Shown one piece after another: positions 43,768 to 52,500 of a stretch of 64,000 bases of DNA. This stretch comes from Candidatus Micrarchaeota archaeon. Its GTDB lineage: Archaea; Micrarchaeota; Micrarchaeia; Micrarchaeales; CABMGC01. Numbering within the stretch: position 1 is the first letter of the stretch; the number at the start of each line of letters is the position of its first letter. The stretch spans positions 157,381-221,380 of the forward strand of contig JAKASP010000001.1 in the NCBI GenBank assembly GCA_021818995.1. The letters are read 5' to 3'. The translations under genes and the position numbers were made by a program. The notes under the pieces are model-generated. The model saw nothing but the letters and a program-made list of their open reading frames with translations. It had not been told where the DNA came from and did not search any database.

Positions 43768-45243
43768 CTAATCCTCCTCTATCTTCCCAATGTCCTTGAG
43801 CTTGCTCTCGACCTGCTTCTCCTCGGCGCCGACGCTTATCTTCGCCATTATGGCGAGGTACTTCGTCAGGCCTACGTCGAGTCCCTCCGGTGTTTCCGAT
43901 ATGCAGATCTTGCCCCACTGCGTGCCGTGCACCTCCCTTGCATTGAAGTGCGGGTGCTTCTTCGCCAGCGGGCTCTTCACCCTGCGCAGGTTCGTGTAGG
44001 TGCTGATCAGATTGGTCCTGTCTAGGACCTGCGAGACTCCTGTCTGGCCCGCTACCCATGTGCCGGTGCCCATCGCGTATGAGATCTTCTCTGTCATCGT
44101 CTCGGGGCTGATTATCGTCGGTATGCTCAGCTTGCGGCCCCTTGCGCTCGCGCGCTCTATCTGGTACTTCACGTCCTTGACGAAGAACCTGAAGGCATAG
44201 GCGAAGAGCTCCTCCATTAGCTGGCCCGAGTACTTTACGCGCTTGTTCGAGTAGTGGTCCTTGTCGTCCTGAGGTGCAAGCCTGTTCGCGACCACACTCG
44301 CGCGCCTTGACATCTGCAGTATGTACCTGCCCTTGTCCTTCCTGTCCTCAGGTTTTGTGCCTATGTGAGGGAGCAGGTAGGTGTCGAGCTGCGTCTCGGC
44401 GCGCTTTATCTGGTACTCCTTCGCCTGGCCCGGCGCAGAGAGCTTGCCCAGCTCGAGGAGCGCGTCGCTGGGTCCGAGGTCCTTGGCCTCGCTCAGCTCT
44501 ATGTTGAGAAGCATGTCGTTCTTGTAAGAGAGCACGTCGCTCGCTGATGCTAGCATATCGCTCACCTGTATGCCGAGGGCGCGCAGGATCAGCACCATGC
44601 CGACTGCCTTGTGCAGCGTCGGGAACTCGACAGCGAAGACTCCGTTCTGGTTCCTCGAGACCACGGTCCTCGCCCTGAATCCCGGAGCCGTCGAGAAGAC
44701 CTTGCTCGTGGTCTCCGCCCCGCCCTTCTCCTTGCTCGTGATTATCCTGTTCGGCGCCAGGTCCTCAAGGCCTATAAGCACTCGCTCTGTTCCCTTGACC
44801 ACGAAGTACCCGCCTGGATCCTCGGGATCCTCACCGTTCTCGACAAGCTGGTTCTTTGTAAGCGTCCTGAAGTGGCAGAGGTTGCTCCTGACCACTATTG
44901 GAAGCTCGCCGATGAACACCTCGCCGTACGATGCTTCCTTCTCTATGCCCCTGATGACAGGCACGAACTCTAGGAACATGGGCGATGAGTACGTTAGGTT
45001 CCTGAGCCTGGCCTCGTTAGGCAGTATGCTCCTCCTTGAGCTGTCCGCCTCGATGACCGAAGGCTTGTCCAGTCTTATTTTTCCAAGCTTGAGCGAGAAT
45101 CCCTCAACGCTCGGCTCGATTGTCGCCTGCTGGTCTATTATCTTCTGAACGTCCTGCTCGACGAACCTGTTGAAGCTCTCGATCTGATGCTGGACCAGAG
45201 AGTTGGAACTGAGGTAAGATTCCAATATTATGTTCTTCCTCAT
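43768..45243 (-). CDS. rpoB2: DNA-directed RNA polymerase subunit B'' (N-terminal half of the split B)
   Basis: 491 aa with LVQHQIESFNRF, PNEARLRNLTYS and GYFVVKGTERV. It sits in the usual position between rpoH and B'. Confidence 0.95.
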   Translation of the reverse strand: MRKNIILESYLSSNSLVQHQIESFNRFVEQDVQKIIDQQATIEPSVEGFSLKLGKIRLDKPSVIEADSSRRSILPNEARLRNLTYSSPMFLEFVPVIRGIEKEASYGEVFIGELPIVVRSNLCHFRTLTKNQLVENGEDPEDPGGYFVVKGTERVLIGLEDLAPNRIITSKEKGGAETTSKVFSTAPGFRARTVVSRNQNGVFAVEFPTLHKAVGMVLILRALGIQVSDMLASASDVLSYKNDMLLNIELSEAKDLGPSDALLELGKLSAPGQAKEYQIKRAETQLDTYLLPHIGTKPEDRKDKGRYILQMSRRASVVANRLAPQDDKDHYSNKRVKYSGQLMEELFAYAFRFFVKDVKYQIERASARGRKLSIPTIISPETMTEKISYAMGTGTWVAGQTGVSQVLDRTNLISTYTNLRRVKSPLAKKHPHFNAREVHGTQWGKICISETPEGLDVGLTKYLAIMAKISVGAEEKQVESKLKDIGKIEED

Positions 45244-45255
45244 CGGATCCTGCCG

Positions 45256-45486
45256 CTATCTATCAACAACATACCTGTAGTACTTGTAGCCCTTCCCAAA
45301 ATCTTCCCTGTCTATCTCAAGGACGTCGCCGGCCTTTGCCTGCGCCTTCTTAGCCTGTGGGTCGTTAACGAGTATCTTCGGGAGGTTGCCGAGAGTGACG
45401 CCGAGTGCCGCGAGCACCTCGTTTACCTCGTTGCGACTCATGATTCTGTGCGTGGGTACGAGGTCGTGTTCCCGCTTGCTCAACAA
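45256..45486 (-). CDS. rpoH: DNA-directed RNA polymerase subunit H
   Basis: The C-terminal part of ORF 45256-45768 reads (L)LSKREHDLVPTHRIMSRNEVNEVLAALGVTLGNLPKILVNDPQAKKAQAKAGDVLEIDR...YYRYVV, the RpoH/Rpb5-C pattern. The likely start is TTG at 45486 or 45483, preceded by GGTGG. The longer ORF N-terminus is implausible. Confidence 0.8.
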   Translation of the reverse strand: MLSKREHDLVPTHRIMSRNEVNEVLAALGVTLGNLPKILVNDPQAKKAQAKAGDVLEIDREDFGKGYKYYRYVVDR

Positions 45487-45550
45487 TCCACCTAAAAGAA
45501 GGCTGGTGCTAACGTTGTCGGTAGTATAAAGTAGGTATAAGTAGCAAAGA

Positions 45551-45622
45551 TTTATATACATGTTTGCAATCGGCGAGAGTGCCACTAAAGGACGCGGGCT
45601 CGCTGGCGTCATCTTAATATAA
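45551..45622. promoter_or_regulatory. divergent promoter region (rpoH operon leftward, kae1 rightward)
   Basis: tttatata (45551-45558) is suitably placed for leftward transcription. ttaatataa (45614-45622) ends about 22 nt before the kae1 ATG, implying a leaderless mRNA. Confidence 0.35.
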
Positions 45623-45643
45623 TTCAGAGGGGAAAGGCAAGCA

Positions 45644-46618
45644 ATGCTAACGATAGGGATAGAGAGCAGCGCGCATACGTTCGGCGTAGGCATCGTTGAC
45701 AAAGGCAGGGTACTCGCGAATGAGAAGCTGATGTACGATGTTGGAAGCAGGGGCATGATACCCTCCAAGGTCGCTGAGACTCATGTGAAGAACGCGAGAA
45801 CGGTAATAAGGATGGCTCTCGACAAGGCGAAGGTCGAGATGCGCGACATCGAGGGCGTGGGATACACTAGGGGCCCGGGAATAGGGGCGTGCCTGCAGGT
45901 AGGCCAGCTTGCCGCGAAGACTATCGCGGCGGGTCTCGGGGTTAAGATCGTACCAGTGAACCACGCGGTCGCGCACGCCGAGATAACAAAGCACGAGGCC
46001 GGGTTCGGGGACCCGATAACGCTCTATGTCAGCGGCGGCAATTCGCAGCTTTTGAAACTGGCAAAGGGGCCTTCGCCGCACTACCAGATACTCGGAGAAA
46101 CGTTTGACATCGGCGTTGGGAATATGCTTGATGCCTTCGCGCGCGAGATAAAGCTGAAGCCTGCATGGGGCTCTACAGTGGCGAGGTTTGCAGCAAACGG
46201 CAAGTACATCGAGATGCCGTACACTGTAAAGGGCATGGACTTCGCTTTTACCGGATTGCTCACATACGCGTCGAGCCTCGCGGGCAAGGAGAGCAAAGAG
46301 GACCTCTGCTACTCCATACAGGAAACCTCCTTTGCGATGCTCTGCGAAGCCACCGAGCGCGCGCTCTTGCTCACCAACAGCGACGAGCTTTGCGTCTGCG
46401 GAGGCGTGGCGCAGAGCTCGAGACTCAAGGAGATGCTTGCGAGCGTGTGCAAGGAGCACGGGATGAGGTTCGGTTTCGCGGCCAACGAGTTCAACGCGGA
46501 CAACGGCGGCATGATAGCATATGTGGCGGAGCGCATGCTTAGAAACGGCTTCTCTGTTCCTCTCGAGAGATGCGACATAGAGCAGAGGTACAGGATAGAC
46601 AGGGCAGTGGTGTATTAG
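45644..46618 (+). CDS. kae1: tRNA N6-adenosine threonylcarbamoyltransferase Kae1
   Basis: LGIESSAHTFGVGIV, GPGIGACLQVG, VNHAVAH (metal His pair) and SGGNSQ are present, with a C-terminal DNGGMIA. Confidence 0.95.
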   Translation: MLTIGIESSAHTFGVGIVDKGRVLANEKLMYDVGSRGMIPSKVAETHVKNARTVIRMALDKAKVEMRDIEGVGYTRGPGIGACLQVGQLAAKTIAAGLGVKIVPVNHAVAHAEITKHEAGFGDPITLYVSGGNSQLLKLAKGPSPHYQILGETFDIGVGNMLDAFAREIKLKPAWGSTVARFAANGKYIEMPYTVKGMDFAFTGLLTYASSLAGKESKEDLCYSIQETSFAMLCEATERALLLTNSDELCVCGGVAQSSRLKEMLASVCKEHGMRFGFAANEFNADNGGMIAYVAERMLRNGFSVPLERCDIEQRYRIDRAVVY

Positions 46619-46625
46619 TGATCAT

Positions 46626-47213
46626 ATGAGGCAACTTAGCGAGGGCGCGGAGGCAAGGGTGTATGCCACAAGCGTGTTCGGGAAGGAGGCGGTCGCGAAA
46701 GTTAGGCATGCGAAAGCGTACAGGATAAAGGTTTTGGACGAGACGCTCAGGAAGACGCGCACCAGGAGGGAGGCGCGGGCGATGGCACGCGCAGCAGAGG
46801 CAGGTGTGCGGGTGCCGGAACTGCTGGGACTCGGAATGTTCTCGATATATATGGAGAAAGTTAAGGGGAAGCTGCTGAAAGACACAACGGGCGCGCGTGT
46901 GAGATACGGGGAGATAGGGAGAATGCTTGCGAAGATGCACGGTGCTGACGTGATACACGGAGATTTCACGCCGGCAAACATAATGATCTCGAGCTCGGGG
47001 CCCTGCGTCATAGACTTCGGACTCGCGGAGATAGGGGAGAGCATGGAGGGGAAGGCGATAGACCTGCTGCTGATCAAGCGCTCGATAGGGAAACGGGAGT
47101 ACAGCGAACTATCCAAAGCTTATTCGAAAGCGTATGCTGACTCAAAGAAAATATTCGCGAGACTTGCAGACATAGAAAGGCGTGGAAGGTACCAGATAAG
47201 GACGCTCGCCTAG
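46626..47213 (+). CDS. bud32: Bud32/PRPK-type small kinase (Kae1-associated)
   Basis: 195 aa. GAEARVY, VAKVRHAKAYR, the catalytic IHGDFTPANIMI and IDFGLAE are present. It is a separate gene 7 nt after kae1, not fused to it. Confidence 0.85.
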   Translation: MRQLSEGAEARVYATSVFGKEAVAKVRHAKAYRIKVLDETLRKTRTRREARAMARAAEAGVRVPELLGLGMFSIYMEKVKGKLLKDTTGARVRYGEIGRMLAKMHGADVIHGDFTPANIMISSSGPCVIDFGLAEIGESMEGKAIDLLLIKRSIGKREYSELSKAYSKAYADSKKIFARLADIERRGRYQIRTLA

Positions 47214-47327
47214 CTAGAGCTCTCCTACCCTTCTCTTCTGGGCCCTCTTCATCCTCTTCCTGCGCTTCTTGATCCACTTCCAGCGCATTCGGCCCTTCTT
47301 CTTCCATTTCCTAGGTATGCTTCCCAA
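47214..47327 (-). CDS. rpl41e: ribosomal protein eL41 (37 codons, hand-translated)
   Basis: The minus strand reads (TTG)[37 protein letters not shown]-stop. The [19 protein letters not shown] core matches my recollection of archaeal L41e. The listed ORF 47074-47307 is in another frame and is acidic, so it was rejected. Confidence 0.6.
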   Translation of the reverse strand: MGSIPRKWKKKGRMRWKWIKKRRKRMKRAQKRRVGEL

Positions 47328-47391
47328 ACAAAAACACTTCTGCTGCTGATATGGTTTTATTAGTGCTTATCTATATTAAAGATGCGGTTTG

Positions 47392-48174
47392 ATGCAGAGA
47401 GGAATACTCGCGTATGTCGTGATACTGGCCATACTGATAGTGCTCGCGATATACCTCTTCGCCACGCACGGAGGCTCAGGTGCGCAAACAACGTTGACAA
47501 CCACTCTCTTCACGAACGGCACGCCGACCACCAGCGTGGGAGGCAACGGGACAGCGAACACAAGTAGCATCACGTTCACCACGACAACAGTCTATTTCGC
47601 GAGCTGCATATCTAAGAACGCAAGCGTCGCGATACCCAACGGCAACTTCTCAACTGGAACGTATGCTGACTGGAATGCGACAGGCCCGGGTTTCGGCTCC
47701 GCACCCTTCAATCTAACAAAGGCGAACTCCCAGGGCGCGTACTATGCTGCGCCGTGGAGCGGATACAACGATACCTACGCAGCCACAACATACAACACGG
47801 GCGTTGCTCTCCAGGCTGGCAACCTTACCTCGGAGCCATTCCCAGTCAGCCAGTTGTACCTCAATTTCAAGCTCATATCGTCGCAGAGTTCTTCCCTCTA
47901 CGTTCAGATACTCAAGGCCGGCAAGCCTGTCATAACAGATCACTACAACACATACGTTTCGCCGAAGAACGTGGCCAATCCGCAGAGCACATTCGTAAAC
48001 GCGAGCATACCGCTCGGCACGCTGCTCTGCCAAAACGTAAGCATTAAGTTGGTTGCCGGCGTGACAGGCACCTCGTCCCAAGGAAAGGGGTACATAGCTG
48101 CTGGAGACTTCTATCTGGGAAGGAATCCGGCGCTTAATGCGACACAGCCTGTGAACCAGACAATAGCAAACTAA
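47392..48174 (+). CDS. N-terminally anchored secreted protein, sequon-rich
   Basis: It has one N-terminal hydrophobic helix (ILAYVVILAILIVLAIYLF), then a Thr-rich segment and many N-x-S/T sequons (NGT, NTS, NAS, NFS, NAT, NLT, NDT...). Confidence 0.55.
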   Translation: MQRGILAYVVILAILIVLAIYLFATHGGSGAQTTLTTTLFTNGTPTTSVGGNGTANTSSITFTTTTVYFASCISKNASVAIPNGNFSTGTYADWNATGPGFGSAPFNLTKANSQGAYYAAPWSGYNDTYAATTYNTGVALQAGNLTSEPFPVSQLYLNFKLISSQSSSLYVQILKAGKPVITDHYNTYVSPKNVANPQSTFVNASIPLGTLLCQNVSIKLVAGVTGTSSQGKGYIAAGDFYLGRNPALNATQPVNQTIAN

Positions 48175-48176
48175 CC

Positions 48177-48641
48177 TTACGCCTGTGCCTCTGAAGGTTC
48201 GCTTTTTTGGTCGCGCGCGTCTGGCTGCACGTCTGCAGACATCCTGCCTCCACGCTTCTTCTGCCTGTCTGTCTTCGCGTTGGCAAAGAGCACGTCAGCA
48301 TCCTCGCCCTCCTGAGCCTCGACCCACGCCTTTATGTAAACTGCTATGTTCTTGAACGGCTTCGAGTACCTGTCTGTGAAGCTGTATACGCTGTCCTCGT
48401 GCTTGAGTATGCCGACCTCCACCCCGAAGTCAAGATACCTCTTCCAGGTTGCGAGCGGAAGCGAGTCGTCGCAGTCCTTGAGGCGCATGCTCTGTCTCTT
48501 CTTCACTTCGAGAAGCGCCTTGGAAAATCTGTATGCGCGCGTCTCGTTGTCGAAATAGATCTTCGCCAGTTCGCGCACGTTCGGATTCTTCAGTTTCTCC
48601 CTAAGGGGTGCGTCTTCGAACTCCCAGTACTTGATCGCCAT
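48177..48641 (-). CDS. hypothetical protein (possible winged helix)
   Basis: 154-aa ORF downstream of srp54. LATWKRYLDFGVEVGILKHEDSVYSFT is HTH/wing-like, and the tail is basic/acidic. Confidence 0.5.
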   Translation of the reverse strand: MAIKYWEFEDAPLREKLKNPNVRELAKIYFDNETRAYRFSKALLEVKKRQSMRLKDCDDSLPLATWKRYLDFGVEVGILKHEDSVYSFTDRYSKPFKNIAVYIKAWVEAQEGEDADVLFANAKTDRQKKRGGRMSADVQPDARDQKSEPSEAQA

Positions 48642-48689
48642 GCTTCATATTCCATAGTTTAGAAATTTTAACCTTTCCATGCGCGCCGA

Positions 48690-49991
48690 TTACTGCTTGG
48701 GCATGAACTTGGAGAACTGCTTGCGCACGTTGCGGTCGTTCTTCATCATCGAGAACATCTTCTTCATCTTGTTGAAGTCAGAGATGAGGGAGCGCACCTC
48801 CTTCTCTGTTGACCCGCTGCCCTTGGCTATCCTCTTTATGCGCGCAGAGTTGGAGAGTAGGGTGCCATCCTCGCGCTCCGACTGCGTCATAGAGTCTATT
48901 ATCGCCTTGTAGCGCTTCATCTTGATCTCGCTCTGCTCTAGTGCTTCCTTCGGCGCAGACACTCCCAGCGAGGCCATCATGTTGTTGAGCGGACCCATCT
49001 TGCTCATCGCCTTCAGCTGCGTGTAGAACGTGCTGTAGTTGAGTTCCTCTGCTGCCATCTCCTCAGGCTTCACGTTCGCCTCCTTTATCGCCTGCTGCAC
49101 GTTTGTGACCAGGGACTCGAGGTCCGGCATGCCGAGCAGCTTGCTGACGAACTTCTTCGAGTCGTAGAGCTCTATTGCGTTGAGCTTCTCTCCGGTTCCT
49201 ATGAACTCTATGCCAACATGCGCCGCGCTGACAGCGCTGAGTGCGCCGCCGCCCTTCCCGGAGCCGTCGAGCTTCGTGACGACTACGCCGGTGAGTTTCA
49301 CTGCAGTGTCGAACTCCTTGGCCTGCTTGCCCGCGACCTGGCCGGTATCAGCGTTTATGACCAGAACGCGCTCGTCGGGTTTGAACTCTTCGGCGACGAC
49401 CTTGAGCTGCTCTATCAGCTCCTTGTCGAGCGCGTTCCTGCCGCTCGTGTCGCAGATGAGCACCTTCTTGTCCTTGAGCGCGGCCTGCGCGCCCTTTATT
49501 ATCTTCCTGACATCGGTCTCGTCTTTTATCCCGTAGAATCCTACGCCTGCTTGCTTTGCGAGGGTTTCAAGCTGCTCGTACGCCGCTGGCCTGGACACGT
49601 CGCATGCGATAAGCGCGCTGCTCAATCCACGCTCCTGGTAGTACCTCGCGAGTTTTGCTGCTGTAGTCGTCTTCCCGGACCCGTACAGGCCCAGGAGCAG
49701 GACACGCTTCGGCTTCATCACCGGTTCGAAAGAGGCGCCCATCAAGCCAACGAGCTGCTCGTAGAGCATGTTGGTTATGTAATCTTTGGCGCTCACGCCC
49801 TCGGGCAGCTTCTCCTTCAGAGCCGCGTCCTCGAGCTTCTGTGTCAGCGCGAGCACAAGCTCGACATTCACGTCTGCGGATATGAGAGAGCGCTGCAGTT
49901 CCTTGTTGAACTCGCGCATCGTCTTTGCGTCTATTATTGTGGCTCCGGTGAGCCTCGCAATCGCCTTCCTGAGTCCTTCGCCTAGATCCAT
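48690..49991 (-). CDS. srp54: signal recognition particle protein SRP54
   Basis: GLYGSGKTTTAAKLA, DTSGR and TKLDG make up the G domain. The Met-rich M domain has MMASLG...MKKMFSMM. Confidence 0.95.
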   Translation of the reverse strand: MDLGEGLRKAIARLTGATIIDAKTMREFNKELQRSLISADVNVELVLALTQKLEDAALKEKLPEGVSAKDYITNMLYEQLVGLMGASFEPVMKPKRVLLLGLYGSGKTTTAAKLARYYQERGLSSALIACDVSRPAAYEQLETLAKQAGVGFYGIKDETDVRKIIKGAQAALKDKKVLICDTSGRNALDKELIEQLKVVAEEFKPDERVLVINADTGQVAGKQAKEFDTAVKLTGVVVTKLDGSGKGGGALSAVSAAHVGIEFIGTGEKLNAIELYDSKKFVSKLLGMPDLESLVTNVQQAIKEANVKPEEMAAEELNYSTFYTQLKAMSKMGPLNNMMASLGVSAPKEALEQSEIKMKRYKAIIDSMTQSEREDGTLLSNSARIKRIAKGSGSTEKEVRSLISDFNKMKKMFSMMKNDRNVRKQFSKFMPKQ

Positions 49992-50061
49992 TGGCTGCGC
50001 CTGTACTTATGGTAAAAATATGGCTCTCAACGTTTAAATATCGCTGTTGCCGAGTGAGGTC

Positions 50062-50427
50062 ATGGAAGCTGTGATAGCAGATCCTATGAGTCACTATCGT
50101 CGCTATGTAGGGTCGCAGACTCTGCTAAGAATGCCTTCGATGCTTGAGACGATATCCAGAAGAACGGGCACTGGCAGCAAGGAGATTAAAGAGTTGGCGC
50201 TGCAGATGGCTGCTGCGCAACTGGAAAACAATCCGCTTACTTCTCTCCGTGAGCTCAGTTTGGCTTCGTACTACCTTGCCATAGACGAACATGAACCCAA
50301 GAAGGCGGACACGGCCCTGAGAGCCGAACTGACCAAGATGGATGACGGGCACACGTGGTGGCACTATTTGGCTCCTGTGGTCAAAGCGAACTGGAAAAAC
50401 AAGATAAGCGATGTTAAAAGAGCTTAG
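50062..50427 (+). CDS. hypothetical protein
   Basis: The ORF-track start at 50047 is TTG and the first ATG is at 50062. It is helical, and no family was recognised. Confidence 0.4.
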   Translation: MEAVIADPMSHYRRYVGSQTLLRMPSMLETISRRTGTGSKEIKELALQMAAAQLENNPLTSLRELSLASYYLAIDEHEPKKADTALRAELTKMDDGHTWWHYLAPVVKANWKNKISDVKRA

Positions 50428-50484
50428 AGTCTGACGGTTCGATTTCACAAAACAATAAGAACCTTGAGAGGAAAGTATGCTCGC

Positions 50485-50559
50485 GGGCTCGTAGCTCAGC
50501 TTGGTTAGAGCGGCGGTCTTATAAGCCGTAGGTCCTGAGTTCAAATCTCAGCGGGCCCA
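50485..50559 (+). tRNA. tRNA-Ile (anticodon TAT)
   Basis: Acceptor GGGCTCG/CGGGCCC, D-arm GCTC-AGCTTGGTTA-GAGC, anticodon stem GCGGT/GCCGT with loop CTTATAA, T-arm CTGAG-TTCAAAT-CTCAG. Confidence 0.85.
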
Positions 50560-50569
50560 TCTTCCTTGG

Positions 50570-51136
50570 TCAACCCACGATCTGCCTTGGCTGTTCCTGG
50601 GAGCTGTCCTCAGGAACATCCGTGGTCCTTCTGAAGCGAAGCGCTACCCTGAGCGCCGGTTCTTCGCCATTACGAGTGTGCAGATTTATCGCTGCTGTTC
50701 CTGAGCCGAAGTCCAGCTCTGCGTTCTCGAAAGCGAACCTCCGCACACTCCCAATAAGAGACCTTGCGAGTTCGTCGCTTGTTACTAGATCTCCTGAACG
50801 TGTGACGCTTACGCCGCATTCGTATAGGCGGAGGTTGGTCGCTAGGTAGAAGAAAGGGTACAGCTGCCCGAACCCATACTTATCAGTAGAATCCTCGAAT
50901 CCGACAGCAAGGGTCAATCGGTCACTGAGATTCTTTATGCTGATCAGCCTCTTGCTCTCTCCCGTTACCGGGCGCAGCAGATCTTTCCAGATAGTCGGCT
51001 GCACCGCCACAAAGGCGTTCTCTAAGACCAACGACTCCTTTCCATTTTTCTTGCTCTCCACATACTTGCTTTTTATCCGGGCAATAAATAGGTTGGCACG
51101 ACGTAAGATGGGAGTCGTATTAGCAGGCTGGGCCAC
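50570..51136 (-). CDS. hypothetical protein (downstream member of an overlapping pair)
   Basis: 188-aa ORF whose start overlaps the upstream gene's end by 17 nt. No family recognised. Confidence 0.5.
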   Translation of the reverse strand: MAQPANTTPILRRANLFIARIKSKYVESKKNGKESLVLENAFVAVQPTIWKDLLRPVTGESKRLISIKNLSDRLTLAVGFEDSTDKYGFGQLYPFFYLATNLRLYECGVSVTRSGDLVTSDELARSLIGSVRRFAFENAELDFGSGTAAINLHTRNGEEPALRVALRFRRTTDVPEDSSQEQPRQIVG

Positions 51137-51575
51137 GCTTAGCCGAGTAGAGCATGTTCCTCAGGTGCATCTCGAAAGTTACGGTCTCTCCGTTGACCTT
51201 CGTCCTCAGCTTCAGGTCCGTAAGGTAGTTGGTGAAGACCTCATCGCCTATCCGTTCGGGTCGCGTTCCTCCGGAAATCCAGCTAGTGAGTTCAAGACGC
51301 TCTGATTTCCTCATTAGATCCATTATCTCTTCGAGATCCATGTCAGATACGATGAGCTTGCTTCCGCAGCGATTGAGGTCCTCGCTTATCTTGCTGAGCA
51401 CACCGGGAACCATCGTGCTGACGAGCGCCTCCGCCCTTTCGCCAGAGGCCTGCACAGTAAGTTTTGCCAGCGTCGCGCCCTTGGAAACTGTATACTCCCC
51501 AATTCCAGGTTCCAGGCCTACAGATGCCTCTCCCCTGACCTGCAGTCTGTTTTTGGCCAAGGCCTGATACGCCAT
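51120..51575 (-). CDS. hypothetical protein (upstream member of an overlapping pair)
   Basis: 151-aa ORF with protein-like composition. No family recognised. Confidence 0.5.
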   Translation of the reverse strand: MAYQALAKNRLQVRGEASVGLEPGIGEYTVSKGATLAKLTVQASGERAEALVSTMVPGVLSKISEDLNRCGSKLIVSDMDLEEIMDLMRKSERLELTSWISGGTRPERIGDEVFTNYLTDLKLRTKVNGETVTFEMHLRNMLYSAKRGPAC

Positions 51576-51622
51576 GTTTATATGTCATTTTGGGCCTATA
51601 AATAACTTAGCATGATGTTTGC

Positions 51623-51943
51623 ATGAAAAACCTTGATCTTGTCGACAGGATTGCTTCGGAAAGGATACGCAGGCTTGTCTCGATGGCGGAAGCAAGGACA
51701 AAGGAGAAAAACGCGGATTCGAGGAAGCTTGCGAAGAGGTACGCGTCGCTCGCGAAGAGGATAAGCGCACACTACAAGACCGAGATCCCGAGGGACCTCA
51801 AGGCGAAGATCTGCAAGAACTGCGGCAACATACTCGTTCCCGGAATAAACTGCAGCGTAAGGCTCGCGAGTTCGCGCGGCTACGTAGTGTATGTATGCGA
51901 GTGTGGAGAGGAAAAGCACATATTCTACAAAAAGAGGCGCTGA
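51623..51943 (+). CDS. rnp4: RNase P protein component Rpp21/Rpr2
   Basis: 106 aa with an N-terminal helical ERIRRLVSMAEA...YASLAKRIS, then the zinc ribbon CKNCGNILVPG...VRL...YVCECG. Confidence 0.8.
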   Translation: MKNLDLVDRIASERIRRLVSMAEARTKEKNADSRKLAKRYASLAKRISAHYKTEIPRDLKAKICKNCGNILVPGINCSVRLASSRGYVVYVCECGEEKHIFYKKRR

Positions 51944-51944
51944 C

Positions 51945-52457
51945 CTAAGCTTCCTTCTGCGACAGCGCCGCGATGAAATCAGGTATGTTGTCTACCCCGC
52001 TCGCGGTAACTATGCTCCTGTCGTTCACCACGAAGTCCTCGGTGGGCTTGCCCCTGTATAGCCTGACGAGCTTCTCCGTTTCCTCGTCGGTCTTCGCTAT
52101 TCGCGTGTCCTTTATTATGTTGGCCCGCGCCACGGCCCTTATCCCGTTGCCTATGCCCGCGACCTTCTTGTGGTTATCGTGGAACGCCTTGATCAGGTCA
52201 AGGAGCGGCCTGTGGTCGTATAGCTTGAGAGATTCAACTCCAGGTCCATCGGCTATGAGCAGAACGTCGAAGGTTCCGGTCTCCATCGCCCTTGCGTCAG
52301 CCTGCGGCTTTATCACAGCACCGTGGTATCCGGTGCAGGGTTTGGTAGTGAGGCTCACGACCTGCGACTCTATGTCGCTCTTTCCGAAAAGAAGCTGCAG
52401 GTGAGAGACCGTCTCGTCCTTGAAATCCCTGGGTGCAATCAGGATTGCTACCTTCAT
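51945..52457 (-). CDS. DJ-1/PfpI-fold protein lacking the nucleophile cysteine
   Basis: MKVAILIAPRDFKDETV...FDVLLIADGPG fits the class I glutamine-amidotransferase-like fold. The elbow reads VAGIGNGI where the family normally has AAICHGP. Confidence 0.7.
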   Translation of the reverse strand: MKVAILIAPRDFKDETVSHLQLLFGKSDIESQVVSLTTKPCTGYHGAVIKPQADARAMETGTFDVLLIADGPGVESLKLYDHRPLLDLIKAFHDNHKKVAGIGNGIRAVARANIIKDTRIAKTDEETEKLVRLYRGKPTEDFVVNDRSIVTASGVDNIPDFIAALSQKEA

Positions 52458-52500
52458 CTAACCTATATTATTGGCCTGTAAAACAAAATAAAGCTTACCA

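Noticed and set aside
45487-45768. N-terminal 95 residues of the 170-aa ORF containing rpoH
   Set aside because: The upstream part (MEGIMPLLPTSYISFSFAS...) is hydrophobic and low-complexity and runs through the TATA-containing intergenic region. RpoH homology begins only at about 45486.
45647-46459. 270-aa minus-strand ORF inside kae1
   Set aside because: It is antisense to a clear Kae1 gene and has an Arg/Leu-rich shadow-frame composition.
49218-49985. 255-aa plus-strand ORF inside srp54
   Set aside because: It is antisense to SRP54 and is a shadow ORF with biased composition.
50560-51622. Integrated mobile element at tRNA-Ile
   Set aside because: No integrase or recombinase gene is present, and I found no direct repeat of the tRNA 3' end at the far boundary. 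It is kept only as a two-gene module finding.
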